Source: Octopus bimaculoides (Eukaryota). From it: a stretch of 44,462 nt of DNA. The stretch lies in NCBI RefSeq assembly GCF_001194135.2, contig NC_069001.1, positions 4,159,051-4,203,512 on the forward strand, read 5' to 3'. Shown piece after piece: positions 34,513 through 44,462 of the stretch; the first letter of the stretch is position 1, and the number at the start of each line of letters is the position of its first letter. The notes under the pieces were generated by a model. The model made no database searches and was not told where the DNA came from. It worked only from the letters and a program-made list of their open reading frames with translations. The translations under genes were made by a program, and so were the position numbers.

Positions 34513-34754
34513 AATTCAGAAATGAACTAAAGATATATATGTATATTTCTGTCAATCATAATTCAGAAATGGACTAAAGATACATGTATGTATATTTCTG
34601 TCAATCATAAGATACATGTTTGTATATTTCTGTCAATCATAATTCAGAAATAGACTAAAGATACATGAATGTATATTTCTGTCAATCATAAGATACATGT
34701 ATGTATATTTCTGTCAATCATAAAATACATATATGTATATTTCTGTCAATCATA
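34513..34754. repeat. Composite minisatellite (32-bp core x6 with a 17-bp insert x3)
   Basis: GTCAATCAT recurs at 34551, 34600, 34632, 34681, 34713 and 34745, giving spacings of 49, 32, 49, 32 and 32. Confidence 0.9.
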
Positions 34755-35055
34755 AGTCAGGTACAAAACAGCAAATATACAAAGTTTAGTCAGTTTAGAA
34801 AGTAGAATAGTATTCAGAAGATATATATGTATATGACAGGCTTCCGTACAGTTTCCATCTGCCAAATTCAATCACAAGGCGTTAGCCTGCAGTTATAGCA
34901 AGAAGACATTTGCCCAAGGTGCCATGCAGCAAGATTGAACCTGAAACCACATGGTTGCAAGGTGAGCTTTTTAACCACCCAGCCAAGCCTCTAAACACGA
35001 TACATGTAGTGAAAACCTACTTAAGTTTAAGTAAACCTCAAAAGAGTGAGTTGAG

Positions 35056-35111
35056 ATTATTTTCAACATGTATCTCCATGCCACTGCATGGAGATACATG
35101 TTGAAAATAAT
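35056..35111. repeat. Perfect 26-bp inverted repeat with a 4-nt spacer
   Basis: ATTATTTTCAACATGTATCTCCATGC-cact-GCATGGAGATACATGTTGAAAATAAT. All 26 pairs are Watson-Crick. Confidence 0.97.
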
Positions 35112-35142
35112 TACATATAAGATCTTTTTTTTAACCTTGACA

Positions 35143-35196
<54 letters not shown>

Positions 35197-35203
35197 AGGT
35201 GCT

Positions 35204-35345
35204 GGCGTGGCTGTATGGTAAGAAGCTTGCTTCCCAACCAATGGTTCTGGGTTCAGTCCCACTGCGTGGCACTTGGGCAAGTGTCTTTGGGCTGCCCAAA
35301 GCCTTGTGAGTGGATTTGATAGATGGAAACTGAAAGAAGCCCACC
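35204..35345 (+). mobile_element. tRNA-derived SINE, most abundant family (representative copy)
   Basis: GGCGTGGCTGTATGGTAAGAAGCTTGCTTCCCAACC...GGGTTCAGTCCCACTG carries A and B boxes. Homologous copies are near 5080-5180, 9520-9660, 13738-13890, 17050-17200, 17590-17690, 19380-19490, 28130-28330, 33000-33150, 34840-34990, 38995-39150 and 43810-43880. Confidence 0.75.
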
Positions 35346-35527
35346 GTATATATATCTATATCTATATATGTGTGNNNNNNNNNNNNNNNNNNNNNNNNNN
35401 NNNNNNNNNNNNNNNNNNNNNNNNNNNNNNNNNNNNNNNNNNNNNNNNNNNNNNNNNNNNNNNNNNNNNNNNNNNNNNNNNNNNNNNNNNNNNNNNNNNN
35501 NNNNNNNNNNNNNNNNNNNNNNNNNNN

Positions 35528-35560
<33 letters not shown>

Positions 35561-36654
35561 CTGTAGTCCAGTGCAGCCTTTCAGCTTGCCAAACCCTCCA
35601 GCCCATGCCAGCATGGACAACGGACACTAAATGATGGTGATGATAATGATGGTTCAGATTTTAGCACAAGGTTGGCATTTTGGGGTGGGTGGGGGGAGGA
35701 CAAGTCAATTACATCGACCCCCCGGTATTCAACTGGTACTTAATTCATTGCACCCCCTCCAAAAAAAAAGGACGAAAGGCAAAGTGGACCTCAGTAGAAT
35801 TTGAACTCAGAACAAGAAGACAGACGAAATGCCGCTAAGCATTTTGGCTGGCTTGCTAAGGATTCTACCATTTTGCTGGCCATTTATCATTTTGGAAAAT
35901 ATGCCGTCTGTTTTCAAAATAGATTCTTTTAATACTTTGTCATATGTAGTTTAATTTCTATTGTGCAACAATTGCCTTACGTATGCATGCATACACATAT
36001 GCACATACACACTCACACACAAGCACACATCTGCACAAAAAACATGCATACATGTATATGCATATGAATACAATTGGATACATATGCATATACACACTAT
36101 CTCATATACACACACACACACGCTAACAAGTACACATATGTACACAAACATGTGCAAATACACACGCACACATGTACATACATAAATACACATGCACACA
36201 CATACACATACATACACACAACTCACTGACACACACATGAATACACAGACACACACACAGAGGCACGCATGCACAAACACATACAAATACACATATGAAC
36301 ACACGCACACACACACATGTACACACACACACACAAACATATATGAACATACACACACCCAAGCACACATAAGTACACATGCACAAACACATAGACACAC
36401 ACACACACATATGTACACAAACACACATACACACAAATACACATACACACAGACACACATGTACACACACACACTCACGGTCGAGTGGAAACATTGCCTC
36501 TTCTCTTATATACGCCCTAAGCTGTCATGTTATGTTTTTTTTATATGTTTTTGCCTTATGAAATTTAACATAAAATGACTAATTTAACACTGGCAGCTAA
36601 CAAGCAGTCTATTCTTTGGAGTCTATTTTTGCTATCCTTTTCTCTTCCTTCCAC

Positions 36655-36693
<39 letters not shown>

Positions 36694-37189
36694 AGCAAAA
36701 ACAAAAAACCCTTAACAAATATAAAACACGATGTTCATATTTGACTTTGGCAGAATTGGTAAAGTCATTGTTTATTCTGAGTTCAAATCCCACAGATGTC
36801 AGCTTTGCTTTTCACCTTTTGTGGTGGGGTTTATAATATACATACCAGTCCAGAGTGTGTGCATTGGCAGAAAGGTTAGAATCTCAGAAGCGATGTCTTG
36901 CCATACTGATACCAGTTCTGGTTCGTGATCATAAGGTTGTAAGTTCAGTTCCTAGTGGTGTGTTGTGTCCTTCAGCAAGACAATTTACTCCATGCTGCTC
37001 GTGTTCACTCAGCTGGCAAAATGAGTCTTATGAGTAATTCAAAGGGCCAGCCATGTCACACTCTATGTCATGCTGAATCAGCCATAGCAAGCCAGCAGAC
37101 AGTTTATACATTATCAGTACATATTTCAGGCCAGAGTATGTGACACTGATAAGCTGCAACTATGGGGAAATACATATTTGTCACTCTCT

Positions 37190-37296
37190 TGATCAAGCTG
37201 AATGATAACTAAGTTATTTTACTAAATTCTTTGTTATATTTAAAATTAATTGAAAGAAACATGGAGCATCTCAACAGAAATATAGTAACGGGAGGG
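37190..37296 (-). mobile_element. Probable single end of another TTAA-type MITE
   Basis: Terminates in GGAGGG|TTAA, so the minus strand starts TTAA|CCCTCC. No partner end was found. Confidence 0.35.
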
Positions 37297-37452
37297 TTAA
37301 AGGGGTTTTCCGCAGATGAAAAACTGCAGCTTCTGGCATTTAAAAAACACACATACATCAAGTATGTTATATTGATGTTTCTTTTTATTACAGAGCTGTT
37401 TCTATTGTAGAATCTGAATATATATCGAACATTACCATCAAGATACCAGGCC

Positions 37453-37665
37453 AGTCACTGCAACGGCTTAGGTTCCAAGAGACCACAGCTTTTCGACATC
37501 CTTCGAAAAAGTCAGAGAGACCTGGATGTAGGTGTCTTCAAAAAGAAAACTGGATCTCCTCCAGACAAGAGTCCCAGATGAACTTAGCTCATGGCAGGAA
37601 ATGCAAATGGGGGCAGCAACAGCAAATTCCCTCCTTCACCAATCATATCAGAGAAGGTTTCAAGT
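37453..37665 (+). mobile_element. CR1/L2-type LINE ORF2 3' end fragment
   Basis: Frameshifted translation HCNGLGSKRPQLFDILRKSQRDLDVGVFKKK / RVPDELSSWQEMQMGAATANSLLHQ resembles the C-terminus of invertebrate CR1/L2 ORF2 (FKxKLD...PDxP...A..NSL). Confidence 0.65.
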
Positions 37666-39410
37666 AAGGAAAGTGTAGCCAGACTAACAGCAGCACCTCA
37701 GCATGACTGAGAGAATATACATATATATTATATANNNNNNNNNNNNNNNNNNNNNNNNNNNNNNNNNNNNNNNNNNNNNNNNNNNNNNNNNNNNNNNNNN
37801 NNNNNNNNNNNNNNNNNNNNNNNNNNNNNNNNNNNNNNNNNNNNNNNNNNNNNNNNNNNNNNNNNNNNNNNNNNNNNNNNNNNNNNNNNNNNNNNNNNAT
37901 ATATATAATATTATATATATATATATAGCATGACTAAGAGAATACACACACACATACACATGTGTATGTATATATATCTATATAAATCTTGAATAATTGA
38001 CTTTGTATCTTTGATATGAGAACTCTTTCTTGAAATATAATACAAGCATTGAAAAACTTGTGTCAGGTAATACAATATTCTGTTTTAGTCTTTATTTATT
38101 GGCATCACTTTACATATTTTGCTCAACTTCTCACCTCCTACATTGCTTAAAGGTTTCTATTTTAATATTTATATCATTTACAATGCTTCAAGCATATAAT
38201 AATAATGATAATAATAATAATAATAATAATAATCAAAGTGATTGTGCTACAGACAGTTAGTTAACCTCAAGCACAGACACAGCTTGCTTAGGTAACATAA
38301 AGTAAATAATACTTGATCAATAAAGTTTATTAATCAACGTATGCCATACAATTTATTCCATATTAAATTAGATAGAAATTCCGATAAGATAACTGCCACT
38401 AAACTACTCCAATATATAGCAACAAAAGTTGCTATGTGGTTATAAATCAGGGAGTATATGAAATGAAGTATGTAAATATATGCACTACTTATGTTTCAAA
38501 GGAAAACTAAATGGAAGTTATGTAATTATACAGCATTATATAGATGACCAATATTCCTTTCTCATCAGGTACCTTTTACCTGTTGCTTACAAGTTCATTG
38601 TCAAAAAGAAATTACTATGAGAAATTGGGAAGAAATAACTACACTTTTAACACTGCAATTGTGGATTGGTGAAACTGTACAACTTTCTTCCTGATTCCTG
38701 TTGCATATGCAACAAAACCTTCATCAACCAGAAACCACACATCACAACGAACTAAAAATTGAATGAGAGAAGAGATGCGAAAAGTTGAGAAGGAATCATA
38801 TATACATATTTATGGCAGTGTATTTATTAGAAATTTGTTGGAGGATTTTGTACTCGGGTGGTACTCTATGTAAATAGTTACAAATAGTTATTGTTTAGCA
38901 TATCCACTGTATGACACATTCAAACCTTGATAAACTATATTTACAGAACAGTTCCACCCTAGTATAAAAATATCTAACTCTGTGTGTGTCGGCATAGGTG
39001 TGTAGTTAAGAAGCTTGCTTTAGCAACCACGTGGTTTCAGGTTCAGTTCCATTGTGCAGCAGCTTTGGCAAATATCTTCTACTAGAGCCCCGGACCAACC
39101 CCAATGCCTTCCGAGCGAATTCGGTAGACGGAAACTGTATGGAAACCCGTCGCATACATGCGTGTATGTGTGTGTGTGTGAGTGTAATTGTGTGTGTGTG
39201 TATATGTGTGTGCGTGTGTGAGTCTCCCTACTGCTCGATAACCACAGCAAGTTAGTTTACATCTTTGTATCATAGCGGTTCGACAAAAAACGATCGATAG
39301 AATATGTATCAGACATTAAAAAGATGAATAAGTAGTGAATATATATATATATACACACACATATAATGAGAGAGATAGATAGAGAGTGAGAGAGAGATAG
39401 ATAGAGAGAG

Positions 39411-39454
<44 letters not shown>

Positions 39455-41028
39455 CACATAATGGTTCTATTAGTCGTTTCTGTTTCGTATTGGTTCTTGT
39501 AATATCCTAATGCGTCTCATTACGTTGAAAAATCCTAGCAGTTAAATTTATTTATAATGATGCATGGTTTATTTCTTGTTAGTAAACATCGAATCGAGGT
39601 GAGGCACCTTGCTATGTTGCACATTAATGTATGTAGTAAACTTGTATATAGAGTTTAGCCTGGTGTGTTCTATAATTATTTTTTAGCAGATAAAAATAGA
39701 ACAATAAAAGAAAAAAAAAAGAATTTCAGGAAAAACGAAACACGATTGGACTTAATTAGAGAAAGAGAAAGAGCAGAGAGAGAGAGAGAAAGAGTAAGAA
39801 GAGGGAGAGAGACAGAGTAGGTAGAGGGTGAAAGATATAAAGCAGAGACAGAGGGGGGTGAGAGAAAGAAAGATAGAGAGACGTAAAAAGGCGGTGAGAG
39901 AGGGATTGGCAGTCGTATTGTGTATGTATATATGTAATAAGTATGAGTGAATAGTAATAATGTGTCTGTATACACACATCCGTGTATGTGTGCGAACAAG
40001 GAACATAAGTACATATCTAAATGGTCAACAGCCTAACCTAAAAGTCTTTATCTAGGAATAAAACTGATATATATGTAGTACACACACGCATAGATATGTA
40101 TATGGTACACACAAGCACATATGGTATACACACACACACACACATACAATTGCACATGAATATAAAGATCGCTGAACAATTTTGGGTGTGTGTAAATATT
40201 TATTCATAAGACTAACACAGTTCTCAATTGCCCCCTGTTAAAAATACAACAAAAACAACCACACACACCAATTTTAGTCTATACGAGTTTAATAAAACGA
40301 AAAGACATTTTCTTCAAACGCAAAATGAAGGCGAAGAAGCCATTATAAGATGTCTTCTTCCCTACCACCATCCAACATGGCCGCGGTAATGGCAGTGAAA
40401 CCTGCGAAGCCTGAGTTTGTGCAGCTTGCTTAACGTTCGTTCGTATTTTTAAAAGCAGGCATGCAACGACTACTTAAATAATGGGAGTGAGAATGAGAGA
40501 GAGCTAGCTAGCTTGCTTTCTTCTTCTTCTTTTAACGCTTCTCTTTGCTTACATGCCACACTTGGAGGGAAAAGATGACTGACTTCTTTGCCAACTTCCT
40601 TCAGCAGATCTCCTCTCTCTCTCTCTCTCTCTCTCTCACATGACTTACATCCTAAGAACAAATGGTGTCACTTGGAAGCAGCTGTCTTTATCTGTTTTCT
40701 CTCTCTTTAGTCTAGTCTTTGTTTATTTATAACAAAGCTTCAGTTTAATAAAAAAAAAAAGGAAAAAAAAAACCTACACAGTCTTTTTTTTTTAAATCTT
40801 GCAATGCAAATTTTCTTTATCATATATTACAAACATTATTTCTTTTAAATATTCTCCTCCATTTTATAGAGAAGAATTAAAAAAAAAAGTTTATAATTTA
40901 AGAAAAAAAAACGTTTTTATTTTCCTCTTTAGACAAACAACTCTATCTATTTCTAAGTAAAATTACGAAATAGATACGGGGATTTTTAATTTTAAGGATT
41001 AGAAGCGACACGTATAGGTGTGTGTGTG

Positions 41029-41061
<33 letters not shown>

Positions 41062-41346
41062 ATATATTTATATATATATACATACACACATACTCTTCTA
41101 CATGGTTCAGCCCTAAGATCGGCCATGCTGGGGCACCGCAAGTAGGTACACACAAGCACACACACACACATATATATATATACACACACATGCATGTCTC
41201 AACCATGCCGATGCCGACATTACAAGATTAAACGCACATGGCGATTTATTTCAATAATACGGAGTGAATATGAATGAGCGTGATATATATACACACACAC
41301 ACATATATATAAACACATACACACACATATATATATATACACACAC

Positions 41347-41400
<54 letters not shown>

Positions 41401-41862
41401 TATTTGACTGTGCGCAATAATTCACGCACATACATATCTATATAATGTACTTTTCGGGTTAGAAGCATTTATATACATATATATACACATAGATACACAT
41501 ATCATCATCATCATCAACAAAGCAGCCTCTTCCCAACTCCATATATTTAGGGGTATACATGTAGGCTGTATGTACTAAGTTACATGTTGTTACAGTTGTA
41601 TTATTAAGAGAAAGAAAGAAAACAAAAAAAGCCTAATTTAAAAATATATAGGTCGTCCTTAAGTTTTGGGCGCCTAACGTATACAGAAGGAGGCGGAGTG
41701 GGGTGACGGCTAAGAGCTTAATCTGTACGATTAAGACTCGTTTCTCAAATCCATAAGGAAATAAACAGCCATTCTCTTGTAAAATGGAGTTTTAAGAATT
41801 CAATTGAAAGGAGAAAAATCACAAATTGATTATATATATATATATATATATATATATAACTA

Positions 41863-41902
<40 letters not shown>

Positions 41903-41934
41903 GCACATATACATATATATATATGCACACATAC

Positions 41935-42022
<88 letters not shown>

Positions 42023-43262
42023 AAATGTATGTGTCCATATATATATATATATATGTACACATATACATATATGTGTGTGTATATGTCTATATAGACACAT
42101 ATGCATTCATATATACACACACATATATTTACATATACACATATATACACACACACATATATATGCACATACACATGCATATATATACAAACACAACCAT
42201 ATACTTGTATGCTGCACCCGAATAATATTTATGGTGGTTTACTAATAATTATTATTCATGCTAATTAAAGGTTAAATTCGATTGTTATTTAACCCTAGGT
42301 CGGTAGGCCCTGATCGAGCAAAGCTATGCTATAAGGCCTTCTAGCGTTAAGTACCCGCGTCTTTTTGCAGCATTTATCAATCTAGGTCTCCATCGCACAC
42401 GTCCTCCCACTCCCTATTCCATTTGTACTTTTAAAATTGTAGGGTCTGATATCAAGACTAGTTTCCTTGTTATTTTTAGCGGGAAGGACGAGTAGGACAA
42501 AGTAAGCCCTAGACAGATTTAAAAAATAAAAAGGATGTTTTCATGGTTAGAGCGCCTTTGGGCGAAGGTAAAGAATACGCACACCCGGTGTTTAGGGTTA
42601 GGGTTTGGGTTATGCCGATAACGGGTGGAGTGCCTATTCTTTACCTCCATTCGTCTTTGATCAGAGGTCAGCTCGATCAGGGTTAGAGGAAGCAGCCACA
42701 AAAATATCACCATCATTATCCATCATCAACATTAAGTGTCTGTCCGTCTTTACGTTCTGGGTTCAAATTCTGCCGAGGGCGACCTTGCCTTTCATCCTTT
42801 TTTCGGGGTCGATGTAGTCGACTAATGCCCTCCCCGAAATTTCAGGCCCTGTGCCTTTAGTACAAAGGATTATTGTTGTTGTTATTATTATTATTATTAT
42901 TCATCGTTTAATGTCCGCTTTCCATGCTAGCATGGGTTAGACGATTCGACTGAGGACTGGCGAACCAGATGGCTGCACCATGCCCCAATCTGATTTAGTA
43001 GAGGTTCTACAGCTGGATGCCCTTCCTAACGCCAACCACTCCGAGAGTGTATATTATTATTATTATTATTAAGATGGCAAAATAGCAGGATTGTTAACAC
43101 GCTGGACAAAATGCCTGGCAACATTTCATCCGTCTTTACGTTCTGAGTTCAAATTCCGCCCAGGTCGACTTTACCTTTCATCCTTTCGGGGCTGATAAAA
43201 TAAGTACCAGTTGAGTACTAAAATTAGAAATAAAATCTTAATTATGAGTAACGGTAATATTT

Positions 43263-43460
43263 AGGGTGGTGAGCTGGCAGAATCGTTAGCGCGCCGGGAA
43301 AATGCTTAGCGGCATTTCGTCCGTCTTTAAGTTCTGAGTTCAAACGCCGCCGGGGTCGACTTTGTCTTTTATCCTTTCAAGGTCAATAATATAAATACCA
43401 GTAGAGCACTGGGGTCAATGTAATCGACTTACCCCCTCTCCCAAAATTTGAAACCAATAC
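43263..43460 (+). mobile_element. tRNA-derived SINE, second family with (ATT)n tail (representative copy)
   Basis: GGTGGTGAGCTGGCAGAATCGTTAGC...TCTGAGTTCAAA...GTCGACTTTG...AGTACCAG. Homologues are at 22095-22660 (three, minus), 32560-32950, 35650-35880 and 42735-43220. Confidence 0.72.
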
Positions 43461-43480
43461 TATTATCATTATATTATTAA

Positions 43481-43781
43481 GGCGTTTTGCTGTCAGCACC
43501 CGTTGCGTGGAGGACTGGGCATGTCGTAGCTGAGGATGCGCAGACATGCGCCGAGGCTGCGACATCTCCAGCGATACCTTAACGGTGAGGAGGTGTGGTC
43601 GCCGTTTGAGGAAAGCAATTTCCCGCATCTCATCTCCTTGACGGATCTACAGTCGTGGATCAGGCGTAGACCAAGGCAGGGTGCTCGGCACCAAGAGTGT
43701 CTGCAAGCGCTCGCAGCCCTTGGCCAGTCGGGCAACACTGTCGGTGGAAAGAGGATTATTGAAGGGCAAGAGCGACGGCGT
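43481..43781 (+). mobile_element. L1/Tx1-type LINE ORF2 fragment (post-RT region)
   Basis: A GC-rich island translating CCQHPLRGGLGMS*LRMRRHAPRLRHLQRYLNGEEVWSPF...ECLQALAALG. P-x-x-GGLG is the hallmark motif after the RT domain in the L1/Tx1 clade. It has an internal stop. Confidence 0.7.
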
Positions 43782-44462
43782 ACCAAATCCACAAGGTATT
43801 GGTCGTCCCGGGATATAATGAAAGACACCTGCTCAAAGTGCCGCGCGGTGGGATTGAACACGAAACCACGTGTGGGATGATAGATACGGTATAGCGGGTC
43901 TTTACGGAAAGTCCTATAGTAATTTAGATATGATCCCGTACCATATAAGTTCGAATTCTATCACTGTCAACTTTGCTTTTCTATCCATCGAAGTTAAGAC
44001 AATGTTTCGGTATTAGTATATGACGTCAGTCACGTGTGCATATCTGTGTTTGTTAAACTTTGCGGAGCAGATTAAAGACGCTATCACACTCGTGACGTCA
44101 TAGACTTTTACCGAATGATTTCCCCCTCCCACATAAAAAAGTACGGAAAGACCTCCTTTTGGCCCCCCCCCCGTAAAATTATGTATATTCATGTCTCAAT
44201 TTGCCTAACGTTAAGGCCTAAATACTGCCTCACTTTACGAAGTTTGCCTAACCTTGGGACCCGAATACACATAATACAGAAATAAAGTCTTTTTTTTAAA
44301 TAGAAATTCTTAATTTTTATGACTTTCTCATAATTATTATTATAAGACATGATAGGAAAACATTTTTCCATCATGTGTAATATTTCTTTTTAAAATTTTA
44401 CGGGAATAGGGTACAAAAAAAGTCTTTCCAAAAGTACCACTAACCTATTATACTTGTTTTCC

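Noticed and set aside
37394-37663. 270-nt open frame bounded by ttacag| and |gtaagg, resembling a + strand exon
   Set aside because: A different, frameshifted reading matches a CR1/L2 ORF2 C-terminus, so this is a LINE relic. No partner exons were found.
38699-38714. 16-bp palindrome TGTTGCATATGCAACA resembling an RFX X-box
   Set aside because: The inner bases differ from the X-box consensus and it lies ~18 kb from the probable STK33 start. It is short enough to be chance.
38560-38770. Minus-strand candidate exon (RCDVWFLVDEGFVAYATGIRKK...) and a CTGATGA heptamer
   Set aside because: All frames stop before the GTAAGC donor, no homology was recognised, and the heptamer has no stem II.
42592-42611. 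Telomeric TTAGGG repeats (also CCCTAA-like at ~1204-1218)
   Set aside because: Only 2-3 units embedded in dispersed repeats, too short to call an interstitial telomere.
42950-42970. CTGAGGA followed by a CTGG-cgaa-CCAG hairpin (also at ~12425, minus) as a further hammerhead
   Set aside because: No GAAA follows stem II and there is no stem I or III complementarity.

Overview
AT-rich, intron-containing animal DNA from a gapped draft assembly. It has about 12 N-runs, most flanked by microsatellites. The SINE and microsatellite landscape looks cephalopod (Octopus-like), which is an inference. One protein-coding gene is supported: an STK33-like CAMK-group Ser/Thr kinase on the minus strand. I traced 8 exons with canonical GT-AG sites and consistent phases that cover the whole catalytic domain (182-11668). 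A probable Cys-rich first coding exon lies at 20745-20812, and the 3' end of the gene runs off the left edge. The rest is repeat: two mariner relics, Penelope GIY-YIG, CR1/L2 and L1/Tx1 fragments, TTAA MITEs, many tRNA-derived SINEs, minisatellites and microsatellites. The most notable non-coding signal is three type I hammerhead ribozyme motifs from two unrelated families. One is a near-intact motif with an extended stem I at 4761-4835. The other two are copies of a ~150-bp hammerhead-bearing dispersed element at ~20000 and ~32200-32360. Together they point to Penelope-type or retrozyme-like self-cleaving RNA elements. No second gene could be supported in 21-44 kb.
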